From Eledone cirrhosa (taxonomy: Eukaryota), in assembly GCA_964016885.1 (NCBI GenBank), contig OZ024747.1, positions 79,608,001-79,672,000 on the forward strand: DNA of 64,000 nt, read 5' to 3'. This document shows positions 1 through 13,225 of this stretch, piece after piece (position 1 is the first letter of the stretch; every line of letters begins with the position of its first letter). The translations under genes and the position numbers were made by a program. A model generated the notes under the pieces. It was given only the letters and a program-made list of their open reading frames with translations, was not told where the DNA came from and did not search any database.

Positions 1-869
1 TATACCAGTAACGTCATTGCTTGGACTCCCGTGCTTAATCTATCCGTCTGTTGGTTGCTATAACATTAGATTTGAGGCTATTTCTCCACGATGCTTCGCA
101 TTGAACTGCCAACTGCCATTCTCAATATTCGACGTTTTTTTTGAAGTATTCCAATAAAGTGAGTGATTTGTCTTCCTCAGTTTATCCGTCTATCTATTGG
201 TACTAATTTTGAGACATTTCTTCTGTGTCTTCCACGGTTAATCCACCCATATCTCTCACGGTGACCTGTCAATCGCAATCTCTGCTGAGTCACCTTTTCG
301 GTTAACTTTAGCAGTTAGTTTGATTAATAAATTACAGATGCATTAACAATGTTTTGGAAAGACCAATGGAAACATTGTTTCTTCGGTCCGATTTGACAAA
401 AGTCGATCGACTGACATGTGTATGTGTGTGCCCATCTATATTATAAAACAGTTAGTTTGTCTTAGCCCAGAGGTTCGACAAAGCAGGAGTTTAGTCGGCC
501 ATATTTGGCGTTAAACGATTGAGAGTACAGCACTCGCCCCTGGGACAGAACGTCTGTTCATCTAATGAAAGAATAAAAGAACACTGGAATAAAAGAATAT
601 GTTTGATATTATCTAATATTATTGTATAAGTTTTCTTTATTTCTTTTGTATTGTTTGCTTCATACTGGTTCATGTTTTTAATGATTTCTAATAGCTCGTG
701 TTCTCTTTGTCTGTTTTATTTGTGAGAATTAATGAATTATGTGCAAATTGTTCTTTCTATTGATTCCGCTTGAATCAATAGACGCAAACAACAATCAATT
801 CGTCGGATAATTGGTTGGATGTCATAATCATGAGTTTCGTTCGTAATTACACAACTAATTACTTTACAA

Positions 870-1265
870 CGAATTGGTAGAGTCATTTAGCTCGTCGGAT
901 TAAATGCCTCCTCTGTATTTTTTCAGGTTCTCTGCACTCTGAGTTCGAATCCCACCGAGGTCAACTTTGACAATTTACCTTTCGGCGGAGAGTGAAGGGG
1001 ATATTGATAAATAAAGTTCCAGTCCATGGGCAGTAGATTGACGGAATTGTTAAAGAATGGAAGGGGATGCTCTGCAGAATTTGTTCCGATTCTGTGCATT
1101 ATGAGTTCAAATCTCGCCAAGGTCAACTTTACCAATTTGACTTTGGAAGGTCGATAAATAAAGTACAGTCACAGGGCGGTGGATTGACGGAATTATTAAT
1201 GAGTGGAAAGGAAATGTTCTACAGAATCTGATCCAACTCTGTGCATTTTTGAGTTCAAATCCCGG
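870..1265 (+). mobile_element. Three tandem decayed tRNA-derived SINE fragments
   Basis: Repeated B-box-like GAGTTC(G/A)AATCYC followed by cgaggtcaactttg...gtcgataaataaagtac at ~941, ~1102 and ~1251; the same body recurs throughout the window. Confidence 0.75.
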
Positions 1266-1407
1266 TTCCTGTTACAGGAAAAATAATGGGGAATCTTAGA
1301 ACACAACAGCGAAGAATAACAGAAAATAAACGAAACAGATCCTCAGCTGGGACTAGAGACATAATATTTCCAATGCTGATGCTATATATATATATATGTG
1401 TGTGTGT

Positions 1408-1580
1408 ATAGGAAAATATTTGACCCAGATGGCAGAGCTCAAGCCGTTTCGACGGCTATTTCTGGACTACCAGAAATAGCCGTCGAAACGGTTTGAGCTC
1501 TGCGGTCGGGGTCAAACATTTTCCTATTACCCACTCTACTACCCTAAATATTGAGTAATCTGGTGCGTTATGGTCCATTA
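1408..1580. mobile_element. Palindromic non-autonomous element, copy 1 (~58-bp arms plus unique tail)
   Basis: Arms taggaaaa...gctatttctgg / ccagaaatagc...ttttccta, then tail ttacccactctactaccctaa...ggtgcgttatggtcc; homologous to 18245-18440 and 39588-39760. Confidence 0.8.
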
Positions 1581-2020
1581 GAGCTGGAAAAAAAATTAAA
1601 TTAAAATTAAATTAAATTAAAGATAGGAATATATGTAAATATTTTCTCTACCTTCAAGGGATTAGTTTAAAATACCTTTAACACTGTCTCCTAAATAACT
1701 TTACTTTTTCTAATCCTAAACGTTGACCGTCTATATCTCTTAGGCGCCATATTTTTTTTTTTTCAAAAGCGTCTCCTACAAACATTTGCTAAGCTTAACG
1801 TCTGTTTATGGATAAAAAACGTAGAATAAAAATGCACGTAAATATCAGTGAATGTTTTGCTTATTTTAGATTATCTTTTGAAGACTTGGAGTGACCAACT
1901 TCTTCAAAGGGAAAACAAAATCGTTCCAAGTTTTTTTTTCTTTTCATCTTTTTGTTTTCTCTTTGTTTTTATTATTATTTTTTTTCCTTTATTATTATTT
2001 TGTAAATTCCAGAGAGAGAG

Positions 2021-2161
<141 letters not shown>

Positions 2162-2236
2162 GCCTATATAAGTGTATGGATAATATGGCTATGCGAGAAA
2201 TTGGAAAAAAATTGAGAACAGAGAAAGAAATGTACA

Positions 2237-2321
<85 letters not shown>

Positions 2322-2323
<2 letters not shown>

Positions 2324-2525
2324 AATAAAATTATCGAGAATCGGAACTTCGGCCCACGAAATAACGAAAAACAATCTTCGAAATATGCGGCAAAGTGCTC
2401 AATGGTTCGGATGAACCAGAGCTATAACTAACGTTTAATACCAAACACACCGAGACGATGTTTAAACAATCATTCGCACAGCCAAAAAATACGATCAAGT
2501 AATTCGGGTCAAACAAATAAAAATA
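2322..2525 (+). mobile_element. Unclassified (TA)n-embedded repeat, family A fragment
   Basis: Alignable by eye to 39810-40352 (minus) and to 41421-41690/42027-42290 (atcgag..tcg, gctcaat, cagagctataacta, ttcgggtca). Confidence 0.65.
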
Positions 2526-2529
2526 TGCA

Positions 2530-2808
2530 TATATAAATGGAATAGAATGAAACGAAATTTTATTTCTCACTCTTAGTACGGCACTTACTTAAATGTAAGT
2601 ATGTAAGTATCTATACGTACATACATATATTTATACAGACGTACAGTAGTATGTATATATATACATACATGCACACATATATATATGCACGTATCGGTTT
2701 ACCGAACATTTATTATAATGCTCGGTTTGTTTGTTTGTAAACAAACAAACAGCCCGAATTAAGCCGTACAGTGTTTAGGCAACCACGTCACCTTTTTGTT
2801 CAAAACTG
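2530..2808 (-). mobile_element. 3' tail of the hammerhead-bearing element family seen at 43493-43840
   Basis: Near-identical reverse complement of 43567-43840; truncated by (TA)n just before the ribozyme position. Confidence 0.85.
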
Positions 2809-2872
2809 TATATATATATATATATAGTTATAGGAATAACCAAAGAGTGCTTAGAAATACATTGTTTTTTAT

Positions 2873-2920
2873 TAGCTAACAGTGTTTCATCCATACACCA
2901 TGGCAAAATCCTCAGAGCCT
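2873..2920 (-). ncRNA. Minimal type I hammerhead ribozyme motif (PLE 3' end)
   Basis: Minus strand reads GGCU-CUGAGGA-(stem II)-GAAA-CACUG-UU-AGCU-AAUAAA; stem I GGCU/AGCU; stem II is weak. Confidence 0.65.
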
Positions 2921-4435
2921 ATAAACAAGAGTATATCAGTAGTTGCATGCTCCATCGAGCTGCGTCACCAGAACAAGGTTAAATGACCAGCAGGGGGTCC
3001 CGAAGCCAGCGCTATATGGAAAAAGACAGAATACATGATGCACATAATGTCATAAAATGTCTTAAAGGTTTAAAAATTAAAAATTATACCAAAAATGTAT
3101 CACTTAAATGGTGCAATAGATGATAAAGAGGTTGGAGAGGGTAGCAAGGGATGATCAGAATGATCAGAAACAATAAGAAAATAATTAAAAAAATAATAAT
3201 AATAAAGTACAAAAATACAGGGATAAGAAAAGAGATAAATATAAAAATACAAAGCAATAAAGGAACAAAAAGTCCGTACCCCCCCCCCCCAAAAAAAAAA
3301 TATAAGACAAAGCAAAGCATAGATGCATCAAAGCACAAGCAGTGCAAAAAGAGGGTGTACAGGCAGATCAAGAGAGTTTGCAAGCATGAGTCTGTGAAAA
3401 GAATAGTTGGTCAGCAGTGGTGCAGCCTTATATTTATGATAGTCCATATGAGGGATGGTGTACTCCAATTATATCGCCTTGTAACAGGTCGATTCTCCGT
3501 ATCATATCCGCACCCTACGAACCACATCGATATGTTCCAGTTCCGAACGTTAAGTGAGATAACACTATTTTTCCAAAACCTATACCCAGGGGATCTATCA
3601 CCATAGGCGGTCTGGGATATACACCTAAAATCTACAATAAAAAATAAAAGAAAGTACGACGAGTTAAAGAGATGTATACAGACGTACAGTAGTATGTATA
3701 TATATACATACATGATGTGAGGCACAGATGTGAGGAAATTGAAAACATTCGGTCGCTCAATCCAACGTGCCAGGTGAAGTTCACTGTATGTCCAAGTTGG
3801 CGTTCAACCAATGTATCGCACCGCATACAACTATACCACAGTAAATACAAATCGTGATGGCAATCCCGTTACATATAGAGAACAAGTGTATACAGGAAAC
3901 TCCGCTTCCAGAATCACATAAGGCAGAATGAGCATATATTGTTATAATAATAGGCGGGTTTATTATAGTGAGTGCAAATTTCAGTAGAATATATAGATAT
4001 ATATAGAAGGGATAACTCACAACCAAACCTGTCAACGACAGCTATGTTATTTATATTTCCGCCACGTGGTTTTCGTTTAGATTATTGACTCCGGAGGTTG
4101 CAATCCATTCACAGTCGGGTGGGACCCCTCCTGGGTCGGCGGGAGTTCAATATCCAGTGCTGCACTTTGCCTTGAGTGTGGTTCTATAATTCATCAAAGC
4201 TGGAACACAATTCCTATTCAACTAACTCCAAGTTTCAAAGATTAGTCTCTCGCTAGTAACACACAACAGCATTCTGAATATAAACACAGGAAGTAAGAGA
4301 GGGGGGAGAAGAGAAGGGGTATTAGAGTAGTCTATATGCACCTGAAGGGCAGTTATCGTCACAAAGGAACCAGGATGCAGTGCGGCGTGGTTTTACGTAG
4401 GCCAGACAGGACGGGTGTATGCAGGTCCTACAGCG

Positions 4436-5373
4436 TTAGTTAATTGGTCTAAAATAATAGAAGAAGCTAAGATTTATGTGCGGGCAAGAAGAGAATATCT
4501 CCGACTTCCTATTTAGCAGGTTCAGTTTGGAGTGTATTATGGCGTGTGATTCAGAGAGACAAAGGTCACAGGTCTTGTTAGGGGGTCTGTACTGCGATGA
4601 TTTAGTGATGATTCTCCAATCAAGCGTGTATTGAATATCAGTGTTCTTCAGGAGGGATATGTAACTAGCTATTTATGTAGTATTCTTAAGCCTATCATGT
4701 CTAAATGTATGGCGATGGGAGTTGTATCTGGTCTTAACGGGGGTCGATGTAGACCCTATATATGTTTTGGAGGAGGTCCGAGTTGTAACATCACATGCGT
4801 AGACAATATTGTTTATAAGGCATTGTCCCTTTAGGGGGCAGTCCGCCTTTCGTCTGCAGTTACATTTTCGGTGTATGTGAGTCTGCGGCACAGGAGATGT
4901 TTGGTTTTCCGTGCGTTCCAGATTTGGCAACCGTACATCAGATGTGTGGATAGTATTGCTGGATGACGCCGCATCAGGTCCATCTAGTGGTTGCCGGTGT
5001 GCCGCAGCTGCAATGGTATCGAAACCCTTTCTAATTTTGTTGTTGTTCGTTATGGCTAGGTGATGAGCTATATTTGGAGTAGTGGAGAATGATAGCTTAA
5101 TTGTGTTTTTATTAATGATACTATGGTATTTACTACCGGGGGGGGGGGGTCCAAGATCGAGAAGAATGCCTTTGGTATATTGGTTGATACCTCCGAGTTG
5201 TAAGGTGGATCAAAGTAGGAATTAGATCTTCGTCTATTTTTCTTATTTTTCGTACTAGAGGAAGAGTTGGCCCTGGGCATGGACAACCCATCTTCCATGG
5301 TAGAGAGAACCTGGGGTGGTAACCTTACCCGGAGGGGTTCACAGGCTTCCCTGTCTTTCCCATTGCACTTCAA
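4436..5373 (-). pseudogene. Penelope-like retroelement linker plus GIY-YIG endonuclease, disrupted
   Basis: Motifs RRRSNSYFDPPY..VSTNIPKAF and CNCRRKADCPLKGQCL..IVY...YIGST...RYNSH; after the in-frame TAA (4673-4675) it continues WRII...CDLCLSE..I...LLNRKSE....CPH to a stop at 4436-4438; frameshift near the poly-G at ~5140. Confidence 0.9.
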
Positions 5374-5595
5374 TTTTCTAGCTTTTATCCTAGTGTTAGT
5401 GTTATTGCCATACAGATGAGGCGTGTTAAATGGCGTCCCTTGGGGTTGGTCAGAGCCGCCTACAGTACCCGGTTACAGTACCCAGTATAACGGCTCTGCA
5501 GTATACTAGTTATCCTACATTGAGCTAAAACCACACTATCATACCAAGGACAATATATCTACATGTCTGGGCATATTGATATATTTGTCAACGAA

Positions 5596-6080
<485 letters not shown>

Positions 6081-6157
6081 ATGTTTCTTTATTAGCCACA
6101 GGGGCACAAAAGAAGGGGACAAATACAAAGGGGGAAGTTTACATACAATAAAAACGT
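6081..6157 (-). mobile_element. Short 3' end of a Tx1-related LINE within (TATC)n
   Basis: Minus strand ...cccctgtggctaataaagaaac resembles the end of the full-length element (cccttgtggttaataaagaaatc); GATA/TATC repeats on both sides. Confidence 0.55.
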
Positions 6158-6200
<43 letters not shown>

Positions 6201-6561
6201 GAGAGAGAGAGATAGAAAGAGAGGGAGAGAGATAGAGAGAGAGAGAGATAGAGAGAGACTCACACATATTTAAAGAGAGAAAACAAAAGCTTAGTAAAAA
6301 AAATAGAGGGAGAAAATTCATCACATTTGACATTTGTGTAGTTTGATGACGATACTTATTTGGTTGTTTCAAATAAACAACATTAATGTTATGCCTCCTT
6401 AAAACCAAATCCTTCGCCATCTTACTTTTTAGTTTGATAGCATTGTTACATGTTTCAATATATTCGCATTTTCCCCCTCATCTTCTCTCTTCTGTCTGTT
6501 TTTTTTTATATAACTCTTTATTATATTATATTGTATTTTATTGTATTTTATTTTATTTTAT

Positions 6562-6625
<64 letters not shown>

Positions 6626-6689
6626 ATTAATATTATTTTGCAAAATCTTCTTTGGTAAACACAGCCATCTTGTAAACATAATCTTGTAG

Positions 6690-6736
<47 letters not shown>

Positions 6737-6939
6737 TATATTGTATTATATATATTTTTGTGCCTGTATATGTATGTATATATATACATATGGAAACTGA
6801 CATTTGATACAAAATAATGCATTCATTTATACCATCGGCTGTATATGCGTAAGTGCGAGGTATATATATATATACTTATAGCGACTTATATATGATGAAA
6901 TACTGTTGGCTTCACGCTCACAACAATTTCTAAACTTTA

Positions 6940-6979
<40 letters not shown>

Positions 6980-7454
6980 GCATACATACATATATGTATG
7001 TGTGTGTATGCGTGTGTATGCATGTGTTTGTGTGTGCCTTAATCATCTTAAGATCAGCTCGACGTGTCTAAAGAGCATTATATTCTTATTCCTTGTAACT
7101 TCTTTCCCCCACCCCACCTCTATACCATGCACTTTTAATTTATCTATTTATATTATTATCATTAAAATATTATTATCATTAAAGTATTTCTGTGAAAAAT
7201 ACACTGAATATATAGAAACATATTTGTTTACTTCTAAATATTAGAGTATCAGTCTATATGAGAGGAAAGGAAAAATTAAATTTATAGATCACACCTACCT
7301 ATGTTTAGCTGGCTTCTTACGAGATTGCATCTTATAGAAGCTTCCTTGTGTGTTTTACTGATAAAGAATGAAAGGTAAAGTTATCTGAATGCATACACTT
7401 ATTTGTGATATACGGATCACAATATCTTTTCAGTTAACTTTAGCAATCCATTAC

Positions 7455-10400
7455 AGTTCTATAATAGATTTGTGGCCATAAGTCTAATCTCTGTCTCAAG
7501 TTGTGTAATAGATGTGTGGCCACAAGTCTAATCTCTGTCTCAAGTTGTGTAATAGGTGTGTGGCCACAAGTCTAATCTCTGTCTCAAGTTGTGTAATAGG
7601 TGTGTGGCCACAAGTCTAATCTCTGTCTCAAGTTCTGTAATAGATGTGTGGCCACAAGTCTAATCTCTGCCTCAAGTTCTGTAATAGATGTGTGGCCACA
7701 AGTCTAATCTCTGTCTCAAGTTGTGTAATAGATTTGTGGCCACAAGTCTAATCTCTGCCTCAAGTTCTGTAATAGGTGTGTGGCCACAAGTCTAATCTCT
7801 GTCTCAAGTTGTGTAATAGATGTGTGGCCACAAGTCTAATCTCTGTCTCAAGTTGTGTAATAGATGTGTGGCCACAAGTCTAATCTCTGTCTCAAGTTGT
7901 GTAATAGGTGTGTGGCCACAAGTCTAATCTCTGTCTCAAGTTGTGTAATAGGTGTGTGGCCACAAGTCTAATCTCTGTCTCAAGTTCTGTAATAGATGTG
8001 TGGCCACAAGTCTAATCTCTGTCTCAAGTTCTGTAATAGATGTGTGGCCACAAGTCTAATCTCTGTCCTCAAGTTCTGTAATAGATGTGTGGCCACAAGT
8101 CTAATCTCTGCCTCAAGTTGTGTAATAGGTGTGTGGCCACAAGTCTAATCTCTGTCTCAAGTTCTGTAATAGATGTGTGGCCACAAGTCTAATCTCTGCC
8201 TCAAGTTGTGTAATAGATTTGTGGCCACAAGTCTAATCTCTGTCTCAAGTTGTGTAATAGGTGTGTGGCCACAAGTCTAATCTCTGTCTCAAGTTCTGTA
8301 ATAGATGTGTGGCCACAAGTCTAATCTCTGTCTCAAGTTGTGTAATAGGTGTGTGGCCACAAGTCTAATCTCTGTCTCAAGTTGTGTAATAGATTTGTGG
8401 CCACAAGTCTAATCTCTGTCTCAAGTTGTGTAATAGGTGTGTGGCCACAAGTCTAATCTCTGTCTCAAGTTGTGTAATAGATTTGTGGCCACAAGTCTAA
8501 TCTCTGCCTCAAGTTGTGTAATAGATGTGTGGCCACAAGTCTAATCTCTGTCTCAAGTTCTGTAATAGATGTGTGGCCACAAGTCTAATCTCTGTCTCAA
8601 GTTCTGTAATAGATGTGTGGCCACAAGTCTAATCTCTGTCTCAAGTTCTGTAATAGATGTGTGGCCACAAGTCTAATCTCTGCCTCAAGTTGTGTAATAG
8701 ATGTGTGGCCACAAGTCTAATCTCTGTCTCAAGTTCTGTAATAGATGTGTGGCCACAAGTCTAATCTCTGCCTCAAGTTGTGTAATAGATGTGTGGCCAC
8801 AAGTCTAATCTCTGTCTCAAGTTGTGTAATAGATTTGTGGCCACAAGTCTAATCTCTGCCTCAAGTTGTGTAATAGATGTGTGGCCACAAGTCTAATCTC
8901 TGTCTCAAGTTGTGTAATAGATGTGTGGCCACAAGTCTAATCTCTGTCTCAAGTTCTGTAATAGATGTGTGGCCACAAGTCTAATCTCTGTCTCAAGTTG
9001 TGTAATAGGTGTGTGGCCACAAGTCTAATATCTGTCTCAAGTTGTGTAATAGATGTGTGGCCACAAGTCTAATCTCTGTCTCAAGTTGTGTAATAGATGT
9101 GTGGCCACAAGTCTAATCTCTGTCTCAAGTTGTGTAATAGGTGTGTGGCCACAAGTCTAATCTCTGTCTCAAGTTCTGTAATAGATGTGTGGCCACAAGT
9201 CTAATCTCTGTCTCAAGTTCTGTAATAGGTGTGTGGCCACAAGTCTAATCTCTGTCTCAAGTTGTGTAATAGATGTGTGGCCACAAGTCTAATCTCTGTC
9301 TCAAGTTCTGTAATAGGTGTGTGGCCACAAGTCTAATCTCTGTCTCAAGTTGTGTAATAGATGTGTGGCCACAAGTCTAATCTCTGTCTCAAGTTGTGTA
9401 ATAGGTGTGTGGCCACAAGTCTAATCTCTGTCTCAAGTTGTGTAATAGGTGTGTGGCCACAAGTCTAATCTCTGTCTCAAGTTGTGTAATAGGTGTGTGG
9501 CCACAAGTCTAATCTCTGTCTCAAGTTGTGTAATAGATGTGTGGCCACAAGTCTAATCTCTGCCTCAAGTTGTGTAATAGGTGTGTGGCCACAAGTCTAA
9601 TCTCTGCCTCAAGTTCTGTAATAGATGTGTGGCCACAAGTCTAATCTCTGTCTCAAGTTGTGTAATAGGTGTGTGGCCACAAGTCTAATCTCTGCCTCAA
9701 GTTGTGTAATAGGTGTGTGGCCACAAGTCTAATCTCTGTCTCAAGTTGTGTAATAGATGTGTGGCCACAAGTCTAATCTCTGTCTCAAGTTCTGTAATAG
9801 GTGTGTGGCCACAAGTCTAATCTCTGTCTCAAGTTCTGTAATAGATGTGTGGCCACAAGTCTAATCTCTGCCTCAAGTTCTGTAATAGATGTGTGGCCAC
9901 AAGTCTAATCTCTGTCTCAAGTTGTGTAATAGATTTGTGGCCACAAGTCTAATCTCTGCCTCAAGTTCTGTAATAGGTGTGTGGCCACAAGTCTAATCTC
10001 TGTCTCAAGTTGTGTAATAGATGTGTGGCCACAAGTCTAATCTCTGTCTCAAGTTGTGTAATAGATGTGTGGCCACAAGTCTAATCTCTGTCTCAAGTTG
10101 TGTAATAGGTGTGTGGCCACAAGTCTAATCTCTGTCTCAAGTTGTGTAATAGGTGTGTGGCCACAAGTCTAATCTCTGTCTCAAGTTCTGTAATAGATGT
10201 GTGGCCACAAGTCTAATCTCTGTCTCAAGTTCTGTAATAGATGTGTGGCCACAAGTCTAATCTCTATCCTCAAGTTCTGTAATAGATGTGTGGCCACAAG
10301 TCTAATCTCTGCCTCAAGTTGTGTAATAGGTGTGTGGCCACAAGTCTAATCTCTGTCTCAAGTTCTGTAATAGATGTGTGGCCACAAGTCTAATCTCTGT

Positions 10401-11009
10401 CTCAAGTTGTGTAATAGGTGTGTGGCCACAAGTCTAATCTCTGCCTCAAGTTGTGTAATAGATTTGTGGCCACAAGTCTAATCTCTGTCTCAAGTTGTGT
10501 AATAGGTGTGTGGCCACAAGTCTAATCTCTGTCTCAAGTTCTGTAATAGATGTGTGGCCACAAGTCTAATCTCTGTCTCAAGTTGTGTAATAGATGTGTG
10601 GCCACAAGTCTAATCTCTGTCTCAAGTTGTGTAATAGATGTGTGGCCACAAGTCTAATCTCTGTCTCAAGTTGTGTAATAGGTGTGTGGCCACAAGTCTA
10701 ATCTCTGTCTCAAGTTGTGTAATAGGTGTGTGGCCACAAGTCTAATCTCTGTCTCAAGTTGTGTAATAGATGTGTGGCCACAAGTCTAATCTCTGCCTCA
10801 AGTTGTGTAATAGGTGTGTGGCCACAAGTCTAATCTCTGTCTCAAGTTGTGTAATAGATGTGTGGCCACAAGTCTAATCTCTGCCTCAAGTTGTGTAATA
10901 GGTGTGTGGCCACAAGTCTAATCTCTGTCTCAAGTTGTGTAATAGATGTGTGGCCACAAGTCTAATCTCTGTCTCAAGTTCTGTAATAGATGTGTGGCCA
11001 CAAGTCTAA
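7455..11009. repeat. 44-bp minisatellite, ~80 units
   Basis: Unit gatgtgtggccacaagtctaatctctgtctcaagttgtgtaata with a few polymorphic positions; no unique spacers. Confidence 0.98.
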
Positions 11010-11258
11010 AGTCTGTTTCGATCCCGGGGGCTGTTTCGTGGCGTGAACCAACTGAGAGTACAAGACTTCCCCCTTGGACAAAATGCCAGTCCATCACAGG
11101 GTTAAATCCCCAGCTATTGCTGGAACTCATTTTTAGCTGAGTATACTGGAGCAACTTAAAATGAAGTGTTTTGCTCAAGAACACAACGCATAACCTAACC
11201 CAGGAATCGAGCCCACAACATTATGATCGTAAATCCAACACCCTTACCACTAGGCCAC
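11010..11258 (-). mobile_element. tRNA-derived SINE with CORE-like central domain
   Basis: Minus strand: A box GGTGGCCTAGTGG, B-box-like GGCTCGATTCC, then gtgttcttgagcaaaacactt...ctcagct...aatgagt. Confidence 0.85.
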
Positions 11259-11522
11259 CAACCAAACAAGCCAATACTGGGGTTAAAATTACATCCCAAG
11301 ACAGAAAGAAATGAAATGTGTAATAATTACATAACATACGATCGCAATTCCAACTGTTTTTTCGACATCAACTGCAAATATCATTTCACGGGGTGAAAAA
11401 AAATGAAATAAAATTACAGCTTACATACATATACAGGTTTAGCTGGTCTGCTACAAGGTTACACCCCATAGAAGGTTTCTCGGGTGTTTCAATAATAGGG
11501 GGCCCCCAGTACTCTTATGCTG

Positions 11523-11910
11523 TTGAGGGATTAGCAGTATCGGTATAAGGTCGGACGCCATGCTTTGCAGCATAGAGTTACGTCCCTTTATAGTCTGAGT
11601 TCAAATCCCTTTACATTCTGTGTTCAAATAACGCCGAGGTTCACTTTGCCTTTCATCCTTACCGGGTCGATAAAATAAAGTACCAGTAATGTACTGGGTA
11701 TTTGGTGGCCTTGTGCCAAAAGTAGAAACAATTATTATAGCGGTGGTTTGGAAGTATCAGTAGAGCGTCAGACACTATGCTTTGCAGTAAAGAGTTATGG
11801 CCCTTTACGTTCTGAGTTCAAATCCCGCCGAGGTTAACTGCCAATAAAATAAAGCACTAGTAATGCACTGGGGTAATTCCTGGCCTTGTGCTAAAAGTAG
11901 AAACATTATT
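11523..11910 (+). mobile_element. Two tandem SINE copies
   Basis: ctgagttcaaatcc...gccgaggtt.actttgcctttcatcctt...gtcgataaaataaagtaccagt...ggccttgtgccaaaagtagaaac; closely similar to 33100-33285. Confidence 0.8.
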
Positions 11911-12507
11911 ATACCTCACACCTACGCAGGTTTAGCTAGTCTCCTACAAGACTGCATCCCATAGGTTTCTCGGATATTTTAATGATAAGGGCCCCCAGTC
12001 CTATCATGAAAAGCAATGTGGAATGGAGAACAAACCACACTGCTCAGTTCAGGAATCGAACCCACGACATTATGTCCGTGAGCTCAACACCATAACAACT
12101 AAACCACACATCTTTACGCTTCACGTGTTGCTGTCATACAAGTGAGGAATTTCTGTATATGATATCATCCGAAATCTTATAGAATCATATATTAATTTAC
12201 AAACTTTAAATTTCCTAATTTCCAAGGTCCCTGATTGACCTGTAATGATTGAGCAATAATGGTTCGTCATGGGTTGGGGAAAGGGTTGTTATTGATACTT
12301 TAAGAGCAGGTCCTTAAATGAGATGTGGAGATGTTAGTGTTGTCTCTTCTTACGTCGACGATGAAAGAAAGAAATCAATAAATATAGAAAAAAATGTCAG
12401 GCGAAAAGTTTATAGATTATCGATTTTGTTTTCCAATACGAGAAGTCATCATGTGATCATACCACTAATGCCGGAGTTCGTCGCTTGTGTCCAAAAGAAG
12501 GAAATTG

Positions 12508-12538
<31 letters not shown>

Positions 12539-12565
12539 TACGCACACACATACACACACACACAT

Positions 12566-12611
<46 letters not shown>

Positions 12612-12764
12612 TCTCTCTCTCTCTCTTTCACACACACACATACGCAGACGTACTGCAACACAGACACCTACCCAAATGTGTATACACACACACGGTCATA
12701 AATGCAAACACACGTACGACCTGCATTTTTGTGAGAGCCTATAAGATTCATAAGCTTTATAGCG

Positions 12765-13045
12765 AGGGGGTATGACTGTGGTTAGGGTGTTACGCTTCCA
12801 ATCGTAATGTCATGAGTTCGATTCCCGACGGAGCGTTCGTCTTCATCAGCAAGACATTTTATTTCACGTTGTTCCAGTTCACTCAGCTGGAACAAATGAG
12901 TTGTTCTTGTGATTAAAAGGGCCAACATTGTAACTCAGTGTATCACACTCAATCTCCATACGAACTATGTTAAGAGTACATGTGCCACTTACACGTTAAT
13001 TTCACAAGAAAGTTAAACAAACAACGGGAACACTTATCAGAATCG
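12765..13045 (+). mobile_element. tRNA-derived CORE-like SINE
   Basis: gtggttaggg...gagttcgattcc...gcaagacattttatttcacgttgttccagttcactcagctgg; related copies at 32330-32660, 34118-34285 and 40892-41010. Confidence 0.8.
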
Positions 13046-13063
13046 ACTGAGGTCCAACAACAA

Positions 13064-13128
<65 letters not shown>

Positions 13129-13225
13129 TATGTATGTATGTATGTATGTATGTATGTATGTATGTATGTATGTATGTATGTATGTTATACATACATACAT
13201 ACATACATACATACATACATACATA

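Larger units (their letters stand above)
2827..5595 (-). mobile_element. Penelope-like element derivative (GIY-YIG endonuclease, 3' hammerhead, no RT detected)
   Basis: Minus-strand PLE linker plus GIY-YIG remnant at 4436-5373, hammerhead motif at 2873-2920, (TA)n tracts at both ends. Confidence 0.75.

Noticed and set aside
128-185. Possible minus-strand hammerhead (CUGAGGA...aaaaCGUCG)
   Set aside because: GAAA box and stems are not recoverable; at most a decayed remnant.
3411-4035. Short minus-strand ORFs downstream of the GIY-YIG remnant
   Set aside because: No recognisable motif; cannot be supported as genes without a homology search.
7455-11009. CRISPR-like array
   Set aside because: Contiguous near-identical units with no unique spacers and no cas genes; eukaryotic context. 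The same applies to the 47-bp and 57-bp arrays.
11190-11258. tRNA genes (also ~12770, ~19280, ~40895)
   Set aside because: A/B boxes are present but there is no complete cloverleaf; these are SINE heads or decayed modules.
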